A DNA stretch of 64,000 nt. Source: Camelus dromedarius. Taxonomy: Eukaryota. Position 1 is the first letter of the stretch, and every line of letters starts with the position of its first letter. Both the position numbers and the translations under genes were made by a program. The stretch is from positions 43,402,001 through 43,466,000 of the forward strand of contig NC_087447.1 in assembly GCF_036321535.1 (NCBI RefSeq), written 5' to 3'. Shown here one piece after another: positions 26,767 through 37,579 of the stretch. The notes beneath the pieces were generated by a model. The model was given only the letters and a program-made list of their open reading frames with translations. It had not been told where the DNA came from and did not search any database.

Positions 26767-26863
26767 CATAGAGGTACTGGGGACTGAACCCAGGACCTCA
26801 TTCATGCTAAGTATCCACTCTACCACTGAGCTATACCCTCCCCCTTGAGCTATACCCTCCCCC
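26705..26863 (-). mobile_element. Vic-1-type SINE containing a (TA)n/poly-T tract and a duplicated 5' end
   Basis: tgagctataccctccccc occurs twice in tandem. TSD cttgattaa(c/t)ttt. Confidence 0.9.
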
Positions 26864-27195
26864 CTCCTTGATTAATTTTAAACGTACTTGTAATTGATTG
26901 GTGATATATATTCCTAGCTATTTTTAAAAGTCAAAGTAATAATCACATTTGAAAAGAGTTTAGGGGAGGAAATCTAATGGTTTGTGGCAGATTTGTGTGT
27001 CTTAAGAATTATTTGGGAAGAAGCGTTAGAATAGAGGCTTGGAAAGACCATAGCGTGCTCATATTCCTGCCTACAAAAAAAATTAAGAGATTTTTCTTTA
27101 CCTATCTCCATTAACAGCAACACATTATATAGATTTATCTCTCACAAAGTTGGACTATCAAATCTGTGAAAACAGAAATAAAAAACATGACTCCA

Positions 27196-28131
27196 CTATG
27201 ACTCCTTGCCCTCTAGCATCTTCCTCAGGGTGTCCTTTACTTCTGTGTTCCTCAGGCTATAGATCAGAGGGTTGAGCATGGGAATTACAAGACTGTAAAA
27301 CACAGAGACCACTTGGTTGTACTTCCAGGAATTCTCTGCTTTAGGTTGCTGCAGGTACATGAAAAAGAGCGTTCCATAGAAGATGATGACCACTGTGAGG
27401 TGGGAGGCACAAGTGGAAAACGCTTTGCACTTGCCTTCGGAAGACTGGATTTTTATGATGGAAAAGAGGATGCAAATGTAGGAGATGAGGACAGTCAGGA
27501 GGGAGCTAGTGAGATTCACTGCGGAGAAGACCAAGAGCTGCTTTTCTTTGTTGTGGGTGTCGGAGCAGGAGAGGGCGAGGAGAGGTGGGTCAGCACAATA
27601 GAAATGGTCAATGATGTTGGAGTCACAGAAGGACAACTGGAAAGTCAGAACGGTCTGTATCACAGAGTTTAGGAAGCCATAGCTATAGACCCCAATCACC
27701 AACTCCTTGCAGACCCGCTGTGTCATAATGGCTGTGTAAATCAAGGGGTTGCAGATGGCCATGTAGCGGTCATAGGCCATTGTGGCCAAGAGGAAGCATT
27801 CAGTGATGGCAAAAGCACTGGAGAAGTAGAGCTGGGCAAAGCAGCCCAAAAAGGAGATGGTTTTTTCCTTCACCAATAAATTTTGTAGCATCTTGGGCCC
27901 AATTGAAGAGGAGTAACAAAGATCAATGAAAGCTAGGTGGCTGAGGAAATAGTACATGGGGGTGTGGAGCCGCAAATCCACCTTGATGAGCAGTATCATG
28001 CCAAGGTTTCCCACCAGGGTGATGAGATAAATTGTCAGGAACACCACAAAGAGGGGAAGCTGCAGCTCAGGGCGATCTGTGAACCCCATGAGGACAAATT
28101 CAGTTACCGTGGTACGGTTGCTTCTTGCCAT
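27196..28131 (-). CDS. OR5E1: Olfactory receptor family 5, OR5E1-like, 311 aa, intact
   Basis: Motifs [39 protein letters not shown] splice acceptor (ttttctttttccaacAG, AG at 28146-28145) lies just upstream of the ATG at 28131 (MARSNRT). The symbol is inferred mainly from position and orientation between OR10A and OR5P3. Confidence 0.85.
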   Translation of the reverse strand: MARSNRTTVTEFVLMGFTDRPELQLPLFVVFLTIYLITLVGNLGMILLIKVDLRLHTPMYYFLSHLAFIDLCYSSSIGPKMLQNLLVKEKTISFLGCFAQLYFSSAFAITECFLLATMAYDRYMAICNPLIYTAIMTQRVCKELVIGVYSYGFLNSVIQTVLTFQLSFCDSNIIDHFYCADPPLLALSCSDTHNKEKQLLVFSAVNLTSSLLTVLISYICILFSIIKIQSSEGKCKAFSTCASHLTVVIIFYGTLFFMYLQQPKAENSWKYNQVVSVFYSLVIPMLNPLIYSLRNTEVKDTLRKMLEGKES

Positions 28132-28329
28132 TTTGTTCTTTCTCCTGTTGGAAAAAGAAAACATGGCTTCAAAATGTTTACATACTTAAAAACAAAAGCT
28201 TCTTACCTCTTTGTTCTAGCACTAGATGACAAAAATTTGGCTTCATAATCCCAATGGTTAAAAGCTGTCATTTGCCATGGGGTTTTATTCTTCTAAAACA
28301 GAGTCAGAAATGTCTGAACTCATTCATTT

Positions 28330-29840
28330 TCTCTTTTGATGGAGATTGACAAATTGACCTTCAAGGAAGTGGCACCAAGTTACACTCCCAACAATGTTGT
28401 ACAGCAATATTGGTTTTCCCACAAACCCAGTTTTATCAAATTTTAAATCTTCGCCACTGTGATGGTGGATATTGGTAACTCATGTCTCCTGATTGGTACG
28501 TTTTCTAAAAATTATGAATGGAGATTAGCCTTTTTTCAAACAATTATTTGCATGTGTATTTTTTTTCTATGCTTTGTCATTTCACTTCCTTTGTTAACTT
28601 ATTTATTACGTTGTTGGTCTTCTAAGCATTTTATTTACAGGGCTCTTTCTTTAGTAAGGAAATCAGCCATTTGTTTGATATATATACTGCAAATTCTTTT
28701 CTTGTTTGTCACTTGTCCTTCAGCGTTGGTATGGTAATTTTTCTTTGTGCTATGCAGTAAATTTTAAGTGGTTTGATGTCAAATATATCAAGCAAATTTA
28801 TCTCCTTCTTTTGGAATTCTGATCTTTGTAACATGGTTAGCTTAGCTTTCCTCAGTTTAAAATTTCTTTAAAAATAATCTCTTGTTCTAGGACTTTACTA
28901 GATTTCTTTTTTACATTACAAAGTTTGATCTTTCTGAGGTTTAATTTTGACGTAAGGGATGAGGTAATCAACTCTTTTTGTTTGTTTTTGTTTGCTTGTT
29001 TTTGTTTGTTTTGTTTTTTGGGGGGGAAGGTAATTAGGTTTATCTCTTTATTTTAATGGAGGTACTGGGGATTGAACCTAGGACTTCGTGCATGCTAAGC
29101 ATGCCCTCTACCACTGAGCTATATCCTCCCGCCATAATAAACTCTTTTTATTTATTTCTCCAAATAGCTAGCTGGGTGTTCTAATGCTATTTGTTGGTGA
29201 AATCATTTTCCAGCTGATTCTGTTGATTTAAAACTCCAAAATTTTTGTAAAGTAAAACATTCATAAGTGTATGGGCTAATTTCTGGATCTTTTTCTTTGT
29301 AGTCTCTTCTAGAACCAGGACCAAACATTTAAACAATAGTTGAGAACCTGATTTTAATATCTGGGAGCAAATTTTCTGGCTGTTCTCACATATGTATTTT
29401 TCCAGATGAACTTTGGCATTATTATATCAAGTTCCAAAAAAAAAAATCCCATTTGTACTTAGACTGCTATTGCATTGAATCAATATGTTAATTTGGAGAG
29501 AATTGACAGCTTTACAATTGAATCTTCTTTTCTATAACTAAGGTATGTATTTCATTTACTAGAGTCTTTCCTAAAAAGAGTTTTAAAGTTTTCTTTAAAC
29601 TTTACAGATAAAGGTCCTGCATATTTCTTTAAGGTCTGCTCATAGGTACTTTATCTTTTTGTAACTAATGTAAATGAAATCTTTTTTTTTTTTATTTGGT
29701 GGTTTATTTAAGTATTGTTTACATATAGGAAAGCTATTGATTTTTGTAAATTAATTTTGTAACTTCTTTCTTACCATAGTTTCTCATTATTTAAAAGTAT
29801 TTTTTAAATTAATTCTGTTGGGTTTTTCTAATACAAATTC
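28330..29840 (-). mobile_element. Old L1 antisense ORF2 remnants immediately upstream of OR5E1-like
   Basis: tttttccagatgaactttggcattattatatcaagttcc...attgcattgaatc..aatttggagagaattgaca. Confidence 0.75.
28975..29131 (-). mobile_element. Vic-1-type SINE inserted in an old L1
   Basis: Full SINE body with a (GTTT)n tail. TSD taat(c/a)aactctttt. Confidence 0.9.
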
Positions 29841-29949
29841 ATATATTATGAAAAGGACATGACTAGTGTAATGCAACTGATGTTTGAGAACAACAAGGCA
29901 TGAAAGAACTGCAGATATTTGGTGTGGTTAGAAAACAGGCTCCCTCGGG

Positions 29950-30555
29950 GTAGACCTGCTTTTGAGATTGGCAGGGCCCAGGGTGAGAATAACAAAGGGA
30001 CGTCCACATATCAAATGTCTAAATATGTAAAAGTTAGAAAATAAAGATAACAAATTAATAAAATATGCTTTATCCTCCCTCCTTAACAAATACACCTTTC
30101 TAATAACCTGGAAGGCAGAATTCTTTGGATGGTTGTAACTCCAAGCAGGAATGAGGGGACACAAGGAAAATCTGCCGCCAATCTGCATGTGTGGCTGCAC
30201 ATGCGCGGACATGCCAGCCTGCATGTACACGCTCTGTTCACAGCCCTGCGAACAGCCATCCCTGGGCTCCCCTTAAGGCCCAGGTAGTGAACACCAGTAG
30301 TGTGGTTCACCCTCACAAGGGTGATCTGGGAAGGAGACTCTTGTAGACTCTGGGAATGAGTTGGGGGCTGTTTGGGCAAGGAATTTTGAGGTCTTGTTTC
30401 TTGGAAGATGGTCTAGGAGGAGTATATAGGATGGACTCTGAGTAGGCACATCCCTTTGGTCTTGACCCATAAGGTGTGGTGCAGTAAGAAGAGATCCAGA
30501 GTTGCCCTAGAGAATGGGGTCAGGAACGATCCCTTTTGTTTGGATCTAAGGCCTG
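29950..30555. mobile_element. hAT-Tip100 DNA element (MER115-like)
   Basis: atgtctaaatatgtaaaagttag...ttatcctccctccttaacaaatacacc...acctggaaggc and tttgggcaaggaatt...ggcacatcccttt match recalled MER115. Confidence 0.65.
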
Positions 30556-30559
30556 TAAG

Positions 30560-31700
30560 AAAGTGATGAAAAGCATGGCTAAAAGTCCATGTCTGAGCTA
30601 GATAATTGAGGGCCTTATCTGGTATAAGGAGTTTAACCTGTACCCTGTAGGGAGTAAGCAGCCTTTTAAATGAACTGAGTTGGTCAATGGAAGATGAAAA
30701 GGACCTGAGAAAGTGAAAATTGGGTCAGAGATGAGCATTTTAGGAGGGAACAGTTGAGCAAGGAGTTGATCTCAGAGCATGTTTGGGGGACTGTGAGCAT
30801 CCTTTCAGGTAAGAGCAAACATGTATGAAAGAGATTAGTGAGAAACAAACTGGATGGGGGTAGGTAGTGCCATATTGTGAAGAGCTTCGCATGCCAGGGA
30901 GATTTTAACAGCTATTTCATGGACCCATTAAACATTTGAACGATAGGGTGACTTGACCAGCACTCAGCTGTCAGGGAGTTAATCTGGAGGTGTGTGTATA
31001 AAGTACTGAAGGGAGAATGCCACCAGCAGGACACTGGCTAGGATGTTTTCCAGGTAAGGGATGATAAGGATGTGAACCAAGGAAATGGTGGAAGGAACAA
31101 AGAAACGAGATAAGAATGAGAGATACTCTAAAGGCAAAGTCTGCATCCACTTGTCAATTGACTGAGACTCTCAGTTTTCAAGTTCGAGAGACCGAGGTAA
31201 TGATAACCTAAGAATTAAGAGTTTAATTTTACCTTGTTTCTTAACTGAGGAGATCTGATACAATTTAAGTACACATACACATACATCAAAATTAATATTA
31301 TACAATTCAAAACTTGAAATATAATTGAGGGGGAAAAAAACAAGCAAAATTTCCCTTTGTAGTTATGTAACAGTGTTACGGAGGGGTAGTGCTTTTAGGA
31401 GAAACAGAATGTCTGAGCTTGGAGTGGAGCCGCACGGAAGGGTGTTGAATTCAGTTAGAGGGGACAGTGGGTGTCTATTGCAAAGTCAGAGCTAGTGATA
31501 CTGATTTGGGAGTCATCAGTAGACAGAGGATGGTAAAAGCTGTGGGAACCAGCGAGATCATTCAGGGAGAGAGAAGTATCAGGAAAGGTTCAAAGACAGA
31601 CCTCTGGGAAAAGTGTACCTTTAAGGGCTGGGGAGAGGAGTAGCAGTCTTAGGTGCCCTAAGATATTCAGGTGAGTTCATGTCAGAAAATAAGGAAACTT
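30560..31700 (-). mobile_element. L2 LINE fragments
   Basis: Purine-rich L2-like blocks, e.g. gatttgggagtcatcagtagacagaggatggtaaaagctgtggga. Confidence 0.6.
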
Positions 31701-32337
31701 TTAAATACGGTCATTTCTGATACTCCTGGCTTATGGTTGAGGTGACCTGTTTGCTGTGGTCTTATCTCTCTCAGTAATAACTTAAAGCAAAACAAAACAA
31801 AACAAGCAAACAAAAAACAAAAATCCTGCAATCTTCAAGCATTGCATATAAACAATCTTACTCAGTAAATTGTGTGTTGTTCTGGATCTGTGCCATCTAA
31901 AGGCAGGAAAACATTCTTTTTGAATTGGTTTCTAGAATTGGTGAAGTCTTCCTGCTCCTTTGAAGTATTGTAACAGTTCTCAATTCAAACTGAGGCGTGG
32001 GAGGGTTTAGTAACTCTGGAAAATCCCCAGAAAACCAGTGGGCAGACTCTAGCTTTATTCAACAGCTCTTGTGTGACAGATGATTTTATTGTGTTAGCTG
32101 TTATTGATATGATTGCATGTTTGTCCCTAAAGTTTCTAAGACACTGTTAATGCATTCTAATTTCTAGATTTTTAACAATTTCTTTTCTGTTAGTTCAATA
32201 TTTATTCATTATTTACCCTATGGAGATGCTTTTTTGCATCCTAAAAGACTTCTAATTGAATGCTCTTTCTTAATAGTTTTTAAGCCAGTATATACTCTGA
32301 TTTTCTTCAAGGGCAATTAAGATTTAGGCTTATTATG

Positions 32338-32480
32338 GGGAACTATTTTCAATATCTTGTAGTAACTTACAATGAAGAAGAATATGAAAAGGAACATATA
32401 TATATATGACTGAAACATTATGCTGTACACCAGAAATTGTCGCAACATTGTAAACTGACTATAATAAAAATTTTAAAAAG
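32338..32480 (+). mobile_element. Short artiodactyl-type L1 3' end
   Basis: gggaactattttcaatatcttgtagtaac...tgctgtacaccagaaatt...ttgtaaactgactat. TSD aggcttatta. Confidence 0.8.
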
Positions 32481-33117
32481 TTTTTTTTAAAGAATGAGGC
32501 TTATTAATAACTTCAATGTTTAGTCTATTTGTTCTCAGAACTGGACTTGACAATAAATTCCAGAAAAGAAATCTCTATTAATAAATATTTGACCTGTAAT
32601 TTTCTACCAAAAAGAAAATCTATGGTCACTTAAAAAAAAACAGAGTACTGTGATTTACTCTCAAACGTAATGATTATAACCAGTGATGAGTTGAATACTT
32701 CTAACATGCCAAGAGATTTTATTTTACATTATCTTATTTAGTACATAATGATCTTTTCTTCCAGTTTCTTAATGAGGAAATAGAGACACAGAAATATTCA
32801 GTAGTTTTTCCCAAATTTACAAAGTAGTTGAGCCACAATTTGAAACTAGGTGGGCTGATCCCTGAGCCTTAACTATACCGCCTTCCCACTTATGATTCCT
32901 CAGTATTTATCCATTTTATAATTTTGTTTTTCCTATTTAAAAAAAAATTTAGACTCCTATGAGAAAATTTTAGGCATATTAGGATGAGTTCATTAATGCT
33001 TCTTTGTTCAGATATTTTTAACATTTACTGTTGCATTTAACTAACATAGTGAATGTTTGATAATTCATTGTTGTGTTTTTCCTTTCTTTGTTTGAACAAT
33101 TCAAACAATTAAAAAAT

Positions 33118-33258
33118 ATTCTCAACCCCTGGGAAGGGAGGGGCACATGAACTACTTTGAGAATCTGATGAAAGCTAAGTTTCTGCTCCTAGAAAAGTTT
33201 CACTCATATGAAATTTTGCATGCAATTTAAGAGGCTTCACTAGTTTAACAGGTCCCTG
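33118..33258. mobile_element. hAT-Charlie MITE fragment (MER117-like)
   Basis: ctttgagaatctgatgaaagcta...aaattttgcatgcaattt. Confidence 0.55.
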
Positions 33259-36200
33259 CTAGGGTTTCCTCATAAAATAACACACAGAAAAAAAAATCTC
33301 AGCTATTCCAGGCCAGGGTCAACCAGTCCTTCCCAATTTGCTTCTCTGATCGTTGCAAAGCACCGCTATCCTAAAGCCCTGTCCTTTTCAGTCCCAGAAC
33401 TGAAACCCTTCTCTTGGCTACCTTATAGTTTGTATTACAACAGCCTGGGGAGTGAAGACTACTTACCAAGCACCAATCGGTCGATCAGTCAGGATTCCCA
33501 ATGCCTCGGAAGCGTTCAGTTAGAGTATTTCCAATCGGACAAACAAGCTTCTTCATGTCTGACTGGAAAGCTTGGTCTCCGTGTTCCACACCGACAAACT
33601 GTGAGTATTTATAAAGTTAAACTGTGACGAGCCTGTTATCGCTTGTTATTCTAGCACTCCCTGGTGCCAAGGGAACAGTTTATACAGAGTTTCTGTGAGA
33701 TATTTCACATTTGATTTAAAGCACCTTTGGGAATTAGAATCCCTGAGTCATCCTGGTAACTAAGGATGACTCAGGTTGGGATGCTTTGGTGCATGTTCTC
33801 AGGATGACTCTCAAGTCCAGAACCTTTGGTGTGATGCTCGGAGATGGGCTTCCTGCCCTTGGAAGAGCATCTTCAGCAGGTGGATTTTAAGTTGGGGCTG
33901 GGGTGGGGGCCCATGGAATGTTTCACAGGGGACTAAGTAAGGTTATGTACAGATTGTGTGACTAGGATGCACATATGGACAGTTTTGCTTGCAAAGAAAA
34001 GATGGCCTTGGCTGTCATATTTATCACAACAGACCATGAAGAGAAAAGCACTTTTCATTTTTCCTGCTGTTATATATTTCCTGTTGAATCAAATTAAGGA
34101 GTAAAATTTTATTCAAAACCAGGTGTGAGCAACGAAAGGTTCTAAGGGTCCTGTATGCCTCTTTCCCTTTCTCTCTCCCTCCCCCATTCTGCTCTGGCTT
34201 GAAATTGGGGCAGTCAGCTCCACTTGATGGGGCCAGGTCGGGTTTTTTTAATGTATCTGGTCTTTGCTCTTGGCTGCCAGGGAAAAAGAGATTAGGACTG
34301 GATCCTCTAGGTCATTAATTGCAGTGATGTTGCACAGCCCTTAAACTATTGCTGCAAAGAACACTGCCCCCAATCTCAGCATTCAACACACAGCAGAGCT
34401 AAGGTGAGAGTGTTCTTCAATTAGAAAGTGTATTTTCTGTCTCTCAGCATTTCCATTGATTCACACCAAAGAGGAGGCAGCTGGAGGAGAAGTGTTCACA
34501 TGAGACCCAGGGCCTGGTTCTAGTGGCCTCTCTTAGCCACTTTTGCCCTTGCAGCAGGTAAATCTATAAGCTTTCATTTTGGTGACAGAGGAGAATTTCT
34601 AGGCTATATGTGGTGTAGAGTGAAATGTTAAGTTTGATGTGCTAATCAAAGAAGTCCATGAGTTGAATCAAATTAAGGAGTAAAGTTTTATTCAAAACCA
34701 GGTCAGCAAAGAACGGTTCTGAGGGTCCCATAGGCCTCAAATGCAGCGTTTGATCACAACCAAGTTACCTAAACGATAAAACATGGGACTTCTATTTTCA
34801 GCATCCTTTGGACTGTACACCTATCTTGAGTAGTGACTTAGGCCTGGAGTAAGGGGCAGAGGCAGAGAGGCAGGTCACCTACTGCCATCTGTGCCACATT
34901 TCATGTCTAGCCCAAGTTCAAATGATAATCAATGTACTTTTTACCAAGAATTGGTTTTCCTATGGAATTCTCACTCCCCAATGAGTCAGTGATAGGAATT
35001 GAATATCTAAGGGGATGAACAGTCAGGCCTCTTAAAGGCTGTTTTTGCAGAAAGCAGGTGACTTTGTGCATCTTCCCTGGGAGAATTCCTAGCAGGGGAA
35101 AGAGAAGGAGAGAAATTGATGCTGTGGTCACACAGAGCTGAGGAGAACTGACCACGGCCCTTTTGAGCCAGAATTTACTATGCTGCTCTGCTCGGCAAAA
35201 CTGGGAAAGAGAAGCTCTAAGTCCAGAAGTGTCAGATAGTCACCAGTGAAATTCTAAAGAAGAAGAAGGTGTTTTTAAAAATCCACTGGGTCATGAGATT
35301 TAATTCCAGTTTTTAGGAAGGGCTTGTATTAAAGGAAAGGGTACATCGTTTTCTGCATTCAGCCTGGGATACCCTTTGAGAAAGAACCTTCTCTAGGTGT
35401 GAAAGAGTCTTTGTAAGTTAACTCTTGAGATGGTGACTGGAAACAGCATCAGAGTCATAACTCAAGACCACTGATATTTTGTTTCACCACAGCCAGGAAC
35501 CCGTATGGATTTAGTGAGTCTTTCACTGAACTCTGAGTTGCTGGGGGCTCTGAATTACCATGTTTGCCCTGGAGTAGCTGATGTGCTGGTTGCATTTAGT
35601 TTGAGGCTTTATTATCCATTTAAATTTCCCTTGATGAAATGTTCCCATATGAATACATTGTGGAGTAAGTGAAGCAACTAAGAGCATCCACTTACAACCC
35701 TATCCTAATGTTACCAAAGTTTAAACAGGCCTGGAAGAAATGTTGGTGTCATCATTTGAATGAAACAATTCAACCTTCAAAGTAAAGGGAGGCTTTTTCA
35801 CTCCTGTATTTACTATCTTTGCATTTGTGACTGTGCTTGTGCTGTGACTTCCCATAAAACAGCTTAGCTGTCTGGATTGAGGAAGATTTCTTCTCTTTAT
35901 GAGCTGAGAAAAGACATTCACTGGGTTGTGATTATACTGGGGATATCACAATTCAAATGCCTGATTGCACTGTATTTGTCTGAAACTGATATGAATGACA
36001 TAAGCATATTGACTCACAGGATTTGTTCAATAATGTGCTATAACAGAAAAGTATTCTCCAAGAAAATGATTCAAGCAGTACTTGGAAATTGTAATTAACT
36101 TGGTATGTATTTTCTTTCAGATAGAAAAGCCCATAGATAAGTGTAACAGAATTTTTAGCATTTACTATGTAAACTTAAATAAGCAAGGTGTGTTGTGTAT

Positions 36201-36469
36201 TTGAGAAATGAATGCCTTCTGTATTTACCACCCAGAGACCCCACAGAACATAACATAGAAAAAAAGGAATGGGATGAAATATATTTTTATTTAAGAAAAC
36301 AATAGGTAGACAACCACTAAGCATATTTTCTAATATTGACTATTTCTCTTGTTATATTTGGAGCATTTTGGTTTTCTGCATTTGATAATTATTTTTATAA
36401 TTCAAATATGTTATCCCCAATTCCAAGGCCAGGTGATACCAGGTTGGACTGCAGTTAGGCTTAATTGTT

Positions 36470-36660
36470 TACTTTGTTCGTTTGTTTGTTTGTTAATCTT
36501 TTTTTTTTTACTTTATTACTTTTTTTGTTTAATTCAGGTTTGTTTTTTTGGGGGGGGGGATAATTAGATTTATTTTATTTTTTAATGGAGGCACTGGGGA
36601 CTGAACCCAGGACCTTGTGCTCGCTAAGCACACGCTCTACCACTGGGCTACCACCTCCCC
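36470..36660 (-). mobile_element. Vic-1-type SINE
   Basis: SINE body at 36545-36660 with a T-rich tail. TSD ggcttaattgtt. Confidence 0.9.
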
Positions 36661-36719
36661 ACTGGCTTAATTGTTAATAACAAGGCCTGCCTTCCTTTGA
36701 TGCACACTCAGTGGTCTTT

Positions 36720-37579
36720 TTCTTTGGTGCTGTTTCTGGGAAATTCCTTCCCTCGGATTGCCTTGAGGTATGTGGCAGAGGATGCAACACATTTATGGCT
36801 CTGGTTACCTGGTCCAAGTTGGGACAAGACTTGAGACCGTCTGTTTTAGAACCTTAGAGAGGAAAGTTGAATAGACCCAGGAATGAGAGGTGGAAGATAG
36901 AGCTTAAAAAAAAAAAAAAGCTTCAGAGGGGAGAATCCTTGGGACTAAAACCAGCTTGGATATCTGGGAGATGAAGACAATCCTAATAATACTGGTGATC
37001 TTTACAGAAACATAATTTAAAAAACTGTTCTCTTTTGAGCAAAATCCTTAACAGCCAAGAGCTCGAGTCCAGGGCTGTGTAAGACAAGGAATTGATGATG
37101 GTCCAGTCAGCAAAGAGCAGCAGAGAATCTATCATTGTATGTGTCCTTGAAATCAGGTGAGCCCAGGCCAGCAGGCTATTCCAGACTTCTTTAGACACCA
37201 TGATTATGTAGCTCACAAGGTGACTGACAGACATGGATTGGTCATAGGATACTCTGGCCAGGAGACAATAATCCCTGGTGAGTGGAGCATATAAGAAACG
37301 AATCTGTATAAAGGAATGCGCCACGGTCATGGCCGTTCTCTGCAGGATGAGACTGTGCAGTACCCTGAGGGAATGGCAGCCCACCGTGCAAACTAAAATG
37401 TGCAAGGGACAAGAGAAATTCCAGCCTAATTGGAGTATCAGGATTGCCTCCCATATCCAGGAAAGGATAGTGGCATTCAATGCTAAGAAAAACACAAAGA
37501 AGGACATTTGATGTTCTTGATTTTCTGGGAGCTCGTGAAAGGGGTGCATGAGTCTAGTGCACTGAATTTCTCCTGTCAT
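36720..37579 (-). pseudogene. Highly decayed olfactory receptor relic
   Basis: DYCLLARVSYDQSMSVSHLVSYIIMVSKEVW aligns to the OR consensus [31 protein letters not shown]. An N-terminal FHELPENQEHQ..FFVFFL segment is OR-like, and a downstream LHPL..SRQSE segment (~36750-36790) resembles [10 protein letters not shown]. Confidence 0.75.

Noticed and set aside
27313..28248. ORFs of 119 and 103 aa antisense to OR5E1-like, and similar shifted/antisense ORFs over the other ORs
   Set aside because: Shadow ORFs produced by OR codon composition, with no independent protein signature.
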